From assembly GCA_963783375.1 (NCBI GenBank), contig CAWANH010000029.1, positions 896,001 through 960,000 of the forward strand: a stretch of 64,000 nt of DNA, in the 5' to 3' direction. Positions 8,671 to 19,094 of the stretch are shown piece after piece; the first letter of the stretch is position 1, and each line of letters begins with the position of its first letter. A model generated the notes under the pieces. It was not told where the DNA came from and made no database searches. It saw nothing but the letters and a program-made list of their open reading frames with translations. The translations under genes and the position numbers were made by a program. This stretch comes from Candidatus Eiseniibacteriota bacterium (GTDB taxonomy: Bacteria; Eisenbacteria; RBG-16-71-46; JABDJR01).

Positions 8671-10638
8671 TCAGGGGAGCCGGACGACCTTGAACGCCGC
8701 CTGCGCCCCGCCCCCGACCGCGCGGACGAAGTAGAGTCCGGCCGGGGCCGGAGACCCGTCCCCGTCGCGTCCGTCCCACCGCAGATCCACCGTCTCACCT
8801 TCCGCCTCTCCGTCGTAGAGCCGTCGCACCTCCCGTCCCCGCGCGTCCCATACCGTGACCCGGGCCGGACCGGCGGGCAGGGTCACCCGGAAGCTCAGCG
8901 CCTCGCGGAAGGGGTTCCGCTCGGGAAGCCCCAGGGTCAGGCGCGGAATGGAACCGGCGACCGACGCGCGGGCCAGCACCGTCGTCCTGCCCCCACGGTC
9001 CAGGCCCACCAGCCGGTACTCCGCCCGTCCCGCCGATGGTCCGGCGTCCAGGATCTTCCCACTCGCCGGAGGGAGCCATCCCTCGTTGACCGCGGCCGTC
9101 AGCCCATCGCGCTCCCGCTCCACGCGCACCCCGGACAGCTCGTCGCTCTCCGCCAGTTCCCAGCCGATCTCCACCCCGCCCGCCGCCTCGGTGGCGGTGA
9201 AGCTCACCACCCGGACCGGAACGTAGGTCGCGGCATCGACAATGAAGTCGACGTAGCCCGACGCCACCCCCAGGGCGGCGTTCCCTTCGGGGGCCCCGGC
9301 CAATAGCTCCGCCCGGGCGTCGAGGTCCGAGGCGCGGCCGTTGAAGGACCCGGCGAAGCGCACCGAAGCCCCGAAGCGATCGAACGCCTCGAAGCTCGGC
9401 ACCGGCGGCGCCGGCCCGAGCCGGAGATCGGCGGAGATGTTGGGACTCGACCCACCGTAGTAGATCCGCACCTGGCCGGCGCGGGAACCGGGGTCGTCCA
9501 CCCCCGGGGCTCCGGCCGCGAAGTCGGGAACACCGTCCCCGTTCATGTCGAAGCCGCCGTCCACCGCCACCCCCAGGCTGTCCCCCCCCGTGGTCCCGTT
9601 GGCCCACCAGGTGGAGAGGCTGTTCACGGTGAAGCCGCCGCGGAACAGGTAGATCGTCCCGGAGCCGAGGCCGGCGCTGTCCCGTCCCGGCGCCCCCACC
9701 AGGACGTCGTCGTAGCCGTCGCCGTTCTGGTCGCCGGCCCCGCTCACGTCCGCGCCGAAGCGGTCGGCTCCGGTTTGACCGGTGAGGGTCACCCGGGTCG
9801 GGGCGACAACGGTCGAGGCCTGGCCGAGCCAGATCACCGCGTGGCCGGGGTTCAGGTCCTCGAGCTGCGGCGCGCCGGCGATGAGGTCGTCGTAGCCGTC
9901 CTTGTTGACGTCGCCCGCGGGGTCCAGGGAGTATCCGAGGTCCCATTTGGCCTGATCCCCGTAGAAGGTAAAGCTGGAAACCAGGCCGGAGACGTTCCCC
10001 TTCCCGAGGAAGACCTTCACCTGGCCGGCCCGGAGCCCCGCGCCGTCCGGCCGGGTGTCGGTGATGGTGGGCGCGCCCACCGCGAAGTCGGCGTACCCGT
10101 CCTTGTTGAAGTTGAAGCCGCCGGCCAGCGAAGCCCCGAAGCGCGCCCCGGGCAGGTCGCCGGTCCAGGACTTGTCCGGTCCCGAGGGAAGGGAACTCGC
10201 CCCGAAGAAGAGATACACCTTCCCCGCCCCGACCCCGGCCTGATCGTTCCCCGGCGCTCCCACCAGAAAATCGTCGTAGCCGTCGCCGTCGACGTCTCCC
10301 GCGGTGGACACCGCGAACCCGAACTCGTCGCCGCTCACCGCGCCGTAGTAGACCGCGTCCGGCGTTTCCGGGAAGACACCGTAGCGACCGAGGAAGAGCT
10401 GGACCAAGCCGGCGTGGCCGGCGGGACCGTTGGCGTCGGGCGCTCCCACCAGAAAATCGTCGTAGCCGTCGTGGTTCACGTCCCCCGCCCAGGCCACCGC
10501 CCGGCCGTAGCGGTCCCCGTCCTGGTCCCCGCTCAGGACCTGGGCCCCGGCCGGAACCCAGCTCCCAAGAAGCAGCCCCAGGACCCCCAGGACGGCCCAG
10601 CGGACGCACGACCTCGCGGAGCTATTCATCTGGAACAT
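8671..10638 (-). CDS. Secreted FG-GAP/integrin-alpha repeat protein with FlgD-like C-terminal domain
   Basis: About seven AGDVNxDGYDDxLVGAP repeats; C-terminal NPF...VWDARGREVR...WDGRD...AGLYFVR. Confidence 0.9.
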   Translation of the reverse strand: MFQMNSSARSCVRWAVLGVLGLLLGSWVPAGAQVLSGDQDGDRYGRAVAWAGDVNHDGYDDFLVGAPDANGPAGHAGLVQLFLGRYGVFPETPDAVYYGAVSGDEFGFAVSTAGDVDGDGYDDFLVGAPGNDQAGVGAGKVYLFFGASSLPSGPDKSWTGDLPGARFGASLAGGFNFNKDGYADFAVGAPTITDTRPDGAGLRAGQVKVFLGKGNVSGLVSSFTFYGDQAKWDLGYSLDPAGDVNKDGYDDLIAGAPQLEDLNPGHAVIWLGQASTVVAPTRVTLTGQTGADRFGADVSGAGDQNGDGYDDVLVGAPGRDSAGLGSGTIYLFRGGFTVNSLSTWWANGTTGGDSLGVAVDGGFDMNGDGVPDFAAGAPGVDDPGSRAGQVRIYYGGSSPNISADLRLGPAPPVPSFEAFDRFGASVRFAGSFNGRASDLDARAELLAGAPEGNAALGVASGYVDFIVDAATYVPVRVVSFTATEAAGGVEIGWELAESDELSGVRVERERDGLTAAVNEGWLPPASGKILDAGPSAGRAEYRLVGLDRGGRTTVLARASVAGSIPRLTLGLPERNPFREALSFRVTLPAGPARVTVWDARGREVRRLYDGEAEGETVDLRWDGRDGDGSPAPAGLYFVRAVGGGAQAAFKVVRLP

Positions 10639-10736
10639 GAGATCCTCTCCATAATCCTTTACGGGTGTGTTGACTATGCCGAATGTGAATCCGGGAGTCC
10701 CACACGCCCTCTCCTCGGGTGGACGCCACCCGTTGG

Positions 10737-12842
10737 TTATCGGTCCCCGGGCCCGGGGTCTGAGCCCCCGGGCTCACCGGCTTCCGGCCCGGTCTCCTTT
10801 TCCCCCAGGCTCCCGGCGAGGGCCTCCAGGCTCTCGAGCGGCCGTCCACAGGCCCGCTCGCGGCAGACGTAGGCCCGCGCTCCGCGCTCCGGCGGGGTCA
10901 TCTCCGCCGTGAAGGGGAGGAGCGCGACCAGGGGATCCCGGCCCGGCCGGCGACGGGCGGAGACCACCCGGGGAAGATAGCGCCGGGCCAGGTGCTCGAC
11001 CATGTCCCGGGTCACCGGATCCTCGTCCGCCCCCGCCACCACGACCTCGTGCGGGGCGCCGAGCAGGAAGTCCAGGGCGGCCAGGGACTCGGGGTAGGCG
11101 GTGGGCATGGCGCGAAGCGCCCCTCCGAAGGCGGTGAGCGCGCGCTCCCCCGCCCGCCGGAGTTCCCCGTCTCCGGCCAGGTTCCCGAGCCTGAGGCACA
11201 CCCCCGCGGCCACCCCGTTTCCGGAGGGATGGGCGCCGTCGTAGAGGGGCTTGTCCCGGGTGAGGAGCGCCTCGTGCTCCGGCGAGGTGAAGAAGAACCC
11301 GCCGCGCTCGCCGTCCTCGAACCGGCGCACCATCTCCCGGGCGATCTCCAGGGCGGCCCGGAGGCGCGCCGGATCGAACCCGGCCTGATACAGGTCGAAG
11401 AGGCCCCGGGCCAGGAACGCGTAATCGTCCAGGAAGCCGGGGATGTCGGCCGAGCCGTCGCGATAGCGGTGAAGGAGCCCGCGCTCGTCCCGGAGCGCGG
11501 TGAGGGCGAAGTCCGAGGCCTCGGAGGCGGCGCGAAGGAGGTCGGGAGCGTCGAGGACGCGAGCCCCCCGAGCGAGGGCCGAGATCATGAGGCCGTTCCA
11601 GTCGGTGAGCACCTTGTCGTCCAGCCCGGGGCGCACCCGATCGGCCCGCGCGCGGAAGAGCCGCTCCCGGGCCGCGGCGAGCCGCATCGCCACCGCGCCC
11701 GCGTCCGCGGAGAACCGCGCGGCCAGCGCGTCGTCCCCGGCCACCCGGGAGAGCACGGTGGCCCCGCCCTCGAAGTTCCCCCGCAGGGTGACCCCGTAGG
11801 CCGCGGAGAAGAGCGCGGCCTCCTCCGCCCCCAGCGTGTCCAGGATCTGGTCCGGAGTCCAGACGTAGAACCGTCCCTCCTCCCCCTCGCTGTCCGCATC
11901 CTCGGCGGAGTGGAACCCGCCCCGCGGGTCCCGGAGGTCCCGGAGCGCATAGTCGAAGATCTCCCGGGCCACCCCGGCGTGGCGCTCATGCCCGGTGGCC
12001 TGGTAGGCCTCCAGATAGGCCCCGGCCAGAAGGGCCTGGTCGTAGAGCATCTTCTCGAAATGGGGAACCAGCCAGGTGCGGTCGGTGGAGTAGCGCGCGA
12101 ACCCGCCCCCCAGGTGGTCGCGAATTCCCCCCGAGGCCATCGCGTCCAGGGTGCCCTCGACCATCTCCAGGAGGTCGCGCTCCCCGGTCCGGTCGGAGCG
12201 GCGAAGCAGGAACGTCAAAACGTGGGGGCGCGGGAACTTGGGGGCGGCGCCGAATCCTCCTTCGAGGGAATCGTACTCCCGCCGGTAGCCGTCGGCGGCG
12301 GCCCGGAGCGCCTCCTCCCCCGGCTCCGCGGGCTCCCCCTCCCGGCGCTCGCGGACGAAGGCGGCCACCGTTTCCGCCGAGGCGTCCACCTGGTCCCGGG
12401 CGGTGGTCCAGGCTTGGTGGAGCTGTTCGAGGAGCCGCGCGAGCCCCGGCCGCCCGAAGCGATCCTCGGGGGGGAAGTAGGTCCCCCCGAAGAACGGCTT
12501 TCCCTCCGGGGTGAGGATCGCGGTCAGGGGCCATCCCCCGCTTCCGGTGAGCCCCTGCACCGCGGTCATGTACTGGGCGTCGACGTCGGGGCGCTCCTCG
12601 CGGTCCACCTTGACCGGCACGAAGTGGGCGTTCAGGTACGCCGCGATGGCCTTGTTCTCGAAGGACTCGTGGGCCATGACGTGGCACCAGTGACAGGTGC
12701 TGTAGCCGATGGAGAGAAACACCGGCTTCCCCTCGCGGCGGGCCGTCTCGAAGGCCTCCGGGCCCCAGGGACGCCAGTCCACCGGGTTCTCCGCGTGCTG
12801 GAGGAGATAGGGGCTCTTCTCGCCGGCCAGATGGTTGGGCAT
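10737..12842 (-). CDS. Thioredoxin-domain protein YyaL/SPATA20 family
   Basis: [45 protein letters not shown]. Confidence 0.95.
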   Translation of the reverse strand: MPNHLAGEKSPYLLQHAENPVDWRPWGPEAFETARREGKPVFLSIGYSTCHWCHVMAHESFENKAIAAYLNAHFVPVKVDREERPDVDAQYMTAVQGLTGSGGWPLTAILTPEGKPFFGGTYFPPEDRFGRPGLARLLEQLHQAWTTARDQVDASAETVAAFVRERREGEPAEPGEEALRAAADGYRREYDSLEGGFGAAPKFPRPHVLTFLLRRSDRTGERDLLEMVEGTLDAMASGGIRDHLGGGFARYSTDRTWLVPHFEKMLYDQALLAGAYLEAYQATGHERHAGVAREIFDYALRDLRDPRGGFHSAEDADSEGEEGRFYVWTPDQILDTLGAEEAALFSAAYGVTLRGNFEGGATVLSRVAGDDALAARFSADAGAVAMRLAAARERLFRARADRVRPGLDDKVLTDWNGLMISALARGARVLDAPDLLRAASEASDFALTALRDERGLLHRYRDGSADIPGFLDDYAFLARGLFDLYQAGFDPARLRAALEIAREMVRRFEDGERGGFFFTSPEHEALLTRDKPLYDGAHPSGNGVAAGVCLRLGNLAGDGELRRAGERALTAFGGALRAMPTAYPESLAALDFLLGAPHEVVVAGADEDPVTRDMVEHLARRYLPRVVSARRRPGRDPLVALLPFTAEMTPPERGARAYVCRERACGRPLESLEALAGSLGEKETGPEAGEPGGSDPGPGDR

Positions 12843-12958
12843 GGGATCTCCTTCTGCGGACGTTCGCGGGCACGCGGAATCGAGGGTACAGGATGGCGCG
12901 AAGCGCGACGAGGTCCCCGGCTGGCCGGGGGGCGCGCGGTGGGGTACTGTTTCGGGCC

Positions 12959-13702
12959 GTGATCCATCTCGACCCGGTTCGCTTCGTGCTCGTCCGCCCC
13001 GAGGAAGCCGGCAACGTCGGCGCGGCGGCGCGGGTGCTCAAGAACTTCGGTCTCGGCCACCTGGTCCTGGTCTCCCCGCGCCTGGCCCGCCGGGCCGAGG
13101 CGGTGAAGTGGGCGCGCGGGGCGGAGGACGTGCTGGAGGGGGCGGACGTGGTGGACGATCTCGCCCAGGCGATCGAGCCCTGCGTTCGGGCCTGGGCGAC
13201 CACCCGCCGGCGCGGAAGGCTCCGCGGCAGCTACCTGGGGGCGCGTGACGCGGCGGGGGAAGCGGCGGCCCTGGCCCGCTCGGCCCAGCCGTCGGCCTGG
13301 GTCTTCGGTCCGGAATCCCGAGGCCTCACCACCGGCGAAGTGGCCCTCTGCTCGGGGCGGGTCACCATCCCCACCTCCCCCGCCCAGCCTTCGCTCAACC
13401 TGGCCCAGGCGGTGGCGGTCTGCGCCTACGAGACCTGGATGGCCGCGCGCGAGGACGCTCCGGCGGCGCCTCGACGGGAGGTCCCCCTGGCCGATCGGGA
13501 GGCGCTCTACCGGCACCTGGAATCCGCGCTTCTTTCGGTGGGCTTTCTCCAACCTCACACCGCGGCCAGTCGGATGGCCGTGCTCCGCCGGCTCCTGGAA
13601 CGGGCATCGCTCGCCCCCGCCGAGGTTCGATTCCTCCGGGGACTGGCGCGACAGGTCGGCTGGGCCGGAGCGCGCGCAGGCGAGGACCCGGAGGGGCGCT
13701 GA
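12959..13702 (+). CDS. trmJ: SPOUT tRNA methyltransferase TrmJ/LasT family
   Basis: [31 protein letters not shown]. Confidence 0.88.
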   Translation: MIHLDPVRFVLVRPEEAGNVGAAARVLKNFGLGHLVLVSPRLARRAEAVKWARGAEDVLEGADVVDDLAQAIEPCVRAWATTRRRGRLRGSYLGARDAAGEAAALARSAQPSAWVFGPESRGLTTGEVALCSGRVTIPTSPAQPSLNLAQAVAVCAYETWMAAREDAPAAPRREVPLADREALYRHLESALLSVGFLQPHTAASRMAVLRRLLERASLAPAEVRFLRGLARQVGWAGARAGEDPEGR

Positions 13703-13722
13703 TCGGGGCGGCGAGGCCTCGA

Positions 13723-14577
13723 TCAGGCGGCGCGGCGGGAGTCGTCGGCGGGCGACGGGGGCGCCGAGCGCAGGCGCCGCCGGATCCGCCCCACCAGGCG
13801 CAGGACCCGTTCCCCATCCCGTGCCTTGGCGGCCACGATGCCGGCGTGCTCCGCGAAGAGGCACAGCACCCGGAGTTCGTCTTCGACGAAGGTCACCGCG
13901 GGGTTTCCGGTGCTGACGCTCAGAACCCCGACCACCCGCTCCCGCACGACCACCGGAGCCACCATGGACGAGTGGATGCGGCGGCGCTTGGGCTGGAAGG
14001 CGGGGAATCTCCGGGTATCCACCTCATCCCCGAGGATGAGCGGGGTGCGGTTCATGGCCACCGTACCGGCCACGCTCTCTCCCAGGCGCACCCGGGCGTT
14101 CCGGATCAGGGCCACGTCCTGGTGTCCCGAGAACGCGGTCACCACCAGTTCGCCGCTGGCCCGGTCCAGCATCATGAGGCTGGCCTCTTCGCAGTCGAAA
14201 CAGTCGAGGCAGGAATCGACGATCACCTGCCCCAGTTCGGCAACCGAGGTCTTGGAACTCACGGCCCGGGTCACGTTGAGGAGCGAGACCAGGTAATCCA
14301 GCGGGGGGCGGACCGGACGCTCGACCAACCCGGGGCGTCGATGAGGGCCTTCCGCCCGGCGACGACGCCAGACGAGGAGCTCCAGCCCCTTGAGCCCCAG
14401 AGCGGCCGATCCCACTCCCAGAACCCAGGACCCGGACCCCACGCCCCAGGTGAGCATGCCCAGGAGAACGACCAGGGAGAGTCCGGACCCCCATTCAAGG
14501 GCCATCAGGCTCCGATCCCCCGAGCGGGAGTACCGCCGGGAGACGGCTTCTGGGTTGGCGGGCTTTGTTGCGGCCAT
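13723..14577 (-). CDS. Membrane-anchored GAF-domain protein
   Basis: Two N-terminal TM segments; GAF features ASLMMLD, GESVAGTVA, SMVAPV...VGVL. Confidence 0.75.
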   Translation of the reverse strand: MAATKPANPEAVSRRYSRSGDRSLMALEWGSGLSLVVLLGMLTWGVGSGSWVLGVGSAALGLKGLELLVWRRRRAEGPHRRPGLVERPVRPPLDYLVSLLNVTRAVSSKTSVAELGQVIVDSCLDCFDCEEASLMMLDRASGELVVTAFSGHQDVALIRNARVRLGESVAGTVAMNRTPLILGDEVDTRRFPAFQPKRRRIHSSMVAPVVVRERVVGVLSVSTGNPAVTFVEDELRVLCLFAEHAGIVAAKARDGERVLRLVGRIRRRLRSAPPSPADDSRRAA

Positions 14578-14752
14578 GGTGTCTGGTCCCATTTATCGGC
14601 TCCGGGGGCCCCGGATTGAGCCCATTCCCCCTCGATCACGCCTTTTGCCCCCCACGCGAACCATGTATCATCTCGCGGCCCAATTTCGCGGAGGGATGCC
14701 GGCTCCGCCGCCCGGCGTCCGGCCCCTCCACCCAGGAAGGAGTCCTCCGCCC

Positions 14753-15529
14753 GTGCCCATCCGCGCCCTCGATTCCCGGTCCCGCCGGTTCATGGCCGAG
14801 GTCCAGGAGTTCGCGCGGCTCCTGGGCGCGGGATGGGTCGGGAGCCGGGACGCCTGGCACTATCGCCGGCAGATCATGGAATCCATCATGGCCTTCGGGG
14901 TGTCGGCGATTCCCCTGGTGGTCCTGGCCGCGCTCTTCATCGGGTTGGTGCTGGCCCTGGAGTGGGGCACCAAGCTCGAGCCCTTCGGGGCCAAGTTCCT
15001 GATGGGCCGCATCGTTTCGGTGGGAGTGATCCGGGAGATCGGCCCGGTGGTGACCGGGCTCATGGTGGCGGGACGGACCGGGGCCAAGATGGCCGCGGAG
15101 ATCGGCTCCATGCAGGTCACCGAGCAGATCAACGCGCTCCGCGCCCTGGGGGTGGAGCCGGTGCCCCGGCTGGTCATGCCCCGCCAGATCGCCAGCATGA
15201 TCACCATGCTCCCCCTCACCATGATCGGCGACGTGGTGGCGATCCTGGGGGGGTACTACGTGGCCGTGACCTGGCTCAACATCTCGGCGCATTCCTTCTG
15301 GGAGGGGGCGCTCAAGAGCCTGACCTTCAAGGATCTCGCGGTGGGATTCCTGAAGCCGGTCTTCTTCGGGTACATCATCGCCTCCGTCAGCGCCTACTAC
15401 GGGATGGCCACCCGGGGCGGGGCGAGCGGGGTGGGCGAAAACGCCACCCGCGCGGTGATGTACAGTTCCCTGAGCGTACTGGTCACCGACTTCATCCTGG
15501 GCAAGCTCATTCTGGCCATCTTCGGGTAG
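14753..15529 (+). CDS. mlaE: MlaE-family ABC permease
   Basis: REIGPVVTGLMVAGRTG, EIGSMQVTEQINALRALG; GGASGVG; start codon uncertain. Confidence 0.92.
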   Translation: MPIRALDSRSRRFMAEVQEFARLLGAGWVGSRDAWHYRRQIMESIMAFGVSAIPLVVLAALFIGLVLALEWGTKLEPFGAKFLMGRIVSVGVIREIGPVVTGLMVAGRTGAKMAAEIGSMQVTEQINALRALGVEPVPRLVMPRQIASMITMLPLTMIGDVVAILGGYYVAVTWLNISAHSFWEGALKSLTFKDLAVGFLKPVFFGYIIASVSAYYGMATRGGASGVGENATRAVMYSSLSVLVTDFILGKLILAIFG

Positions 15530-15534
15530 GAAAC

Positions 15535-16326
15535 ATGCACGTGCGGACGGAAGGACAATGCGAGGCGCCGAAATCGACCGGGGCGCCCCCCCAGGTGATT
15601 CTGGAACTGGACGGCGTCAGCCTGCAGTTCGACGACGAGCCGGTGCTGACGGATTTGAGCCTCCGCATCCGTCGCGGGGAGACCCGGGTGATCCTGGGCC
15701 CGAGCGGGGCCGGTAAGAGCACGATCCTGAAGTTGGCCCTGGGCCTCATCCGCCCCGACCAGGGCCGGGTACGGGCGTTCGGCACCGACATCACCGACCT
15801 CCCCGACCGCGATCTCCGGACCCTGCGCCACCGCATGGGTATGGTCTTCCAGGGAGGCGCGCTCTTCGACTCCCTGAGCGTGGCCGAGAACGTCGGGTTC
15901 TGCATGATGGAGAACCACAACCTGTCCCTGGAAGAGACCGCGCCGGTGGTCCGGGAGCGGCTCGCCTACGTGGGGCTGGAGGACGCCTTCGATCTCATGC
16001 CGTCCGAGCTCTCGGGAGGAATGACCAAGCGGGTGGCGGTGGCACGCGCCACGGTCTGCCACCCGGAGCTCATGCTCTACGACGAGCCGACCTCGGGCCT
16101 GGACCCGATCTCCACCCGGCGGCTCAACAACCTCATCAATCGTCTCCGCGACGATCTTCACGTGACGTCGGTGGTCGTGACCCATATCCTGAGGGACGCC
16201 CGGGCGGTGGGCGACAGCATCACCATGATCCACGAGGGGCGGGTCATCTTCGACGGCGGCGTCGACGAGATCGACCGGTGCCCCGATCCCCTCGTCCAGG
16301 ACTTCATTTCCGAGAGAGGACTCTGA
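15535..16326 (+). CDS. mlaF: MlaF-family ABC ATPase
   Basis: GPSGAGKS, FQGGALFDSL, ELSGGM, YDEPTSGLDP. Confidence 0.92.
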   Translation: MHVRTEGQCEAPKSTGAPPQVILELDGVSLQFDDEPVLTDLSLRIRRGETRVILGPSGAGKSTILKLALGLIRPDQGRVRAFGTDITDLPDRDLRTLRHRMGMVFQGGALFDSLSVAENVGFCMMENHNLSLEETAPVVRERLAYVGLEDAFDLMPSELSGGMTKRVAVARATVCHPELMLYDEPTSGLDPISTRRLNNLINRLRDDLHVTSVVVTHILRDARAVGDSITMIHEGRVIFDGGVDEIDRCPDPLVQDFISERGL

Positions 16327-16332
16327 CCGGCC

Positions 16333-17295
16333 ATGAACCAACGCCAGCCGCCGGGGTGGCGCACCCTCCGGGTGGGGATCTTCTTCCTTCTCTCCACCGT
16401 CATCCTCCTCGGGTTTCTCTTCGTGGTGGGCACCAACCAGCACCTGTTCACCCGGCATTACGATCTGGTGCTCGAGCTCAGCAACACCCAGGGCCTGGCC
16501 AAGGGGGCCCGGGTGGCGCTGTCCGGCCTGGAGGTGGGGCGGGTCAGCGACATCCGTTTCGTGGACCTCGACACCACGAGGGCGCTCCAGGTGACCATGG
16601 CCATCGAACGCTCCCAGCGGAATCGCATCAACGCCACCTCGGTGGCCACCATCCGCACGGTGGGGATCCTGGGGGACAAGTTCATCGACATCAGCCTGGG
16701 GGACCCGGACTTGCCGCCGCTCCCCGATGGCTCGCCCCTGCCCGTGCGGGGCGAAATCGACTGGACCGAGACCTTCACGCGGGCCACCGACGCCATCGAC
16801 GACTTCACCGCCTTCCTCCGGAAAGCCGGCACCGCCCTGGACTCGGTGAACGCGGGCCGGGGGAGCCTGGGGCTGCTCGTGAACGACCAGCCCACCGCCG
16901 AACGGTTGCGTCAGGCCACCGCCGATCTCGCCGCGGTGACCCGCTCCCTGCGATCCGGGGACGGCACCGCGGCCCACCTCCTCGCCGATCCCGGAACCTT
17001 CCGGAAGCTCGACGGGATCCTCACCCGGCTGGATCGGCTCACCGCCGAGGCCGACTCCGGGAACGGGGCCCTGGCCCGCGTCCTCTCCGATGAGGACCTC
17101 GGAGACCGGCTGGCCGGCCTGATTGCCGGCTCGGACAGCCTGATCACCGCCATCCGCAGCCGGGGGACGACGGGACGGCTGATCGAGGACGCCGAGCTCT
17201 ATGAGGAGATGACCGGGACCCTGACCGAGCTTCGGACCCTTCTCGAAGACATGAAGAAGAACCCCCGGAAGTACCTCAAAGTCTCTGTATTCTAA
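16333..17295 (+). CDS. mlaD: MlaD/MCE substrate-binding protein
   Basis: N-terminal TM; GL.KGA.V.LSG.EVG.V; GILGDKFIDI; helical tail ending NPRKYLKVSVF. Confidence 0.9.
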   Translation: MNQRQPPGWRTLRVGIFFLLSTVILLGFLFVVGTNQHLFTRHYDLVLELSNTQGLAKGARVALSGLEVGRVSDIRFVDLDTTRALQVTMAIERSQRNRINATSVATIRTVGILGDKFIDISLGDPDLPPLPDGSPLPVRGEIDWTETFTRATDAIDDFTAFLRKAGTALDSVNAGRGSLGLLVNDQPTAERLRQATADLAAVTRSLRSGDGTAAHLLADPGTFRKLDGILTRLDRLTAEADSGNGALARVLSDEDLGDRLAGLIAGSDSLITAIRSRGTTGRLIEDAELYEEMTGTLTELRTLLEDMKKNPRKYLKVSVF

Positions 17296-17439
17296 TCAGT
17301 TCCAGCCTGCACTTCGCCTCGATCCTCAATAGCTTTTCGTTCGGCCTGCCCGGTTCCGTCTCAAGGCGGCTCCACGCCTCATCGATAACAGGGCAACCGG
17401 CGGGACTCCCTCGCCGGCGGGAGCACCGAAAGGAAGGCC

Positions 17440-17862
17440 ATGCAGAACCGAGCCCGCCGCCGCCAGGCCGCCGTCCAGTCTCCCGGATCCGGGACGGCCT
17501 GGACCGTGCTCGGTCCGGGCTGCCTGATCCAGGGGGACCTCATCCTCTCCGGGGACGTGATCATCCACGGGCGGGTGGAAGGCGCCGTCTTCACCGACGG
17601 CGAGGTGCGGGTCGCCGCCCTCGGTTCGGTGGAGGGCGGGGTACACGCTCCCCGGGTGGTGGTCGAAGGAACCTGCCGCGGTCGGGTGGAGGGAAGCGAG
17701 GAGGTGATCCTTGCCGCCGGCTCCATGGTCCACGCGGACGTCGAGGCGGCGGTTCTCACCATCGAGGAGGGGGCCCGGTTCTTCGGACTCCATCGGGTAG
17801 GGGGTCCCCCGGAGGGGCCCCGGATCCTTCCCTACGAGAACCGCGACCCCGGCCACGCCTGA
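17440..17862 (+). CDS. Bactofilin (polymer-forming cytoskeletal protein)
   Basis: TVLGPG..IQGDL...IHGRVEG; IEEGARFFG. Confidence 0.88.
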   Translation: MQNRARRRQAAVQSPGSGTAWTVLGPGCLIQGDLILSGDVIIHGRVEGAVFTDGEVRVAALGSVEGGVHAPRVVVEGTCRGRVEGSEEVILAAGSMVHADVEAAVLTIEEGARFFGLHRVGGPPEGPRILPYENRDPGHA

Positions 17863-17991
17863 TCCCCCCGCGATAACCTCAATCCGTTTCAGTGCGCTTG
17901 GAGAACCCGGTGGTTCCCTGTATCCTCTGCGCGGCCGTCGCCGGTGGAAAACCGTTCCTCCGGAGGGAGGCGGCCCACCCGGAGGAAAGCG

Positions 17992-18327
17992 GTGGCATTG
18001 AAGCGCGTTCCCATCCCCACGGGGCTCGATATCGACGACGACGGCGCGACGGTGGCCGTGATCTGGCCGGGCAACCGCATCGACCGGCTGGCCGCCTTCG
18101 AACTCCGCGCGGTCTGCCCCTGCGCCCGATGTGTGGACGAGATCACCGGAAAGCGGACGCTCAAATTGGTGGACGTCGATCCCGACGTCCGGGCGGTGGC
18201 GGTGGGGCGGGTCGGTCGTTACGCCCTGCAGATCCGCTGGAGCGATGGGCACGACACCGGGATCTACACCTACGAGGACCTCTTCGAGGGGAAGCTCCGC
18301 CGGGACGAGGCGGGGAGCGACGGGTAG
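17992..18327 (+). CDS. DUF971 / GBBH-like N-terminal domain protein
   Basis: LRAVCPCARC; VGRYALQIRWSDGHDTGIY. Confidence 0.9.
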   Translation: MALKRVPIPTGLDIDDDGATVAVIWPGNRIDRLAAFELRAVCPCARCVDEITGKRTLKLVDVDPDVRAVAVGRVGRYALQIRWSDGHDTGIYTYEDLFEGKLRRDEAGSDG

Positions 18328-18418
18328 GCCATCCGCCGGACGGATCCGGCGCGCGGACGGCGGCGGACCGCCGGTGCGGGAACACTTCTGAGGCTTGGGA
18401 AAGGACGTGGAGGGGACC

Positions 18419-19027
18419 ATGACGGGAATCGCTTCACCGAAGACTGAGATGCGGGAAGGCGCTTCGGGAACCGGGGAGCATCCGGACTGGAGCGGCCGGG
18501 CAGCGGCGACGTGGCTCAGCGAACTGGCGAACGGCGGGGTACTCCCCGGCGGCCGGGCGCTGGTGCCGTCGGCGGAGATGATCGATGAGGCGGTGGCCCT
18601 GGCCCGTGCCGGCTACCGGGTCCAGATGGTCGATCCCTCCGGTGACGCCCTGAGCCGGGCCAAGCAGACGGCCCGGGCCGCGAAGGTCGGCATCGACACC
18701 ATCCAGGGGAATTTCTTCCGGGTCAGCACGCCGCTCTACGGCACCGTGAACCTGGTGGCCGACCGCACGCTCTTCCCCACCCTGGGGCCGATCAGCCGCC
18801 CGGACTGGGTCTTCCTCCTGGCTCGCCTCCTTCCCCGGGACGGGAAGCTCGCCGCGCTTTTCCGCGTGGCCCAGGGAGGGCCGGGTCCGGCTTCTCCCTA
18901 CCTCATCACCGAGAAGGAGATCCGAGGGCTTCTGGAGCGCAATTTCTTCGTCGAGCAGCTCCAGCCGTCCGGGCCCTCGGCTCCGGGAGCGGTGCAGATC
19001 TGGCGGGGCATCTTCCGCCGGAAGTAG
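18419..19027 (+). CDS. Divergent thiopurine/thiol S-methyltransferase-like protein
   Basis: RALVP, LARAGY.V, GNFF, DRTLF..L.P..R; the glycine-rich SAM motif (VPGCG) is degenerate. Confidence 0.6.
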   Translation: MTGIASPKTEMREGASGTGEHPDWSGRAAATWLSELANGGVLPGGRALVPSAEMIDEAVALARAGYRVQMVDPSGDALSRAKQTARAAKVGIDTIQGNFFRVSTPLYGTVNLVADRTLFPTLGPISRPDWVFLLARLLPRDGKLAALFRVAQGGPGPASPYLITEKEIRGLLERNFFVEQLQPSGPSAPGAVQIWRGIFRRK

Positions 19028-19094
19028 CTCCGCGCGGCCGTCACGCGCCCGGTCGCCTCGATTCCCCCCGGACGGGGCGGATTCGGCCCATCCC

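Noticed and set aside
10255-10475. Direct repeat CACCAGAAAATCGTCGTAGCCGTCG (CRISPR or DGR template?)
   Set aside because: It encodes the DGYDDFLVG FG-GAP repeat; there are no regular spacers, cas genes or reverse transcriptase.
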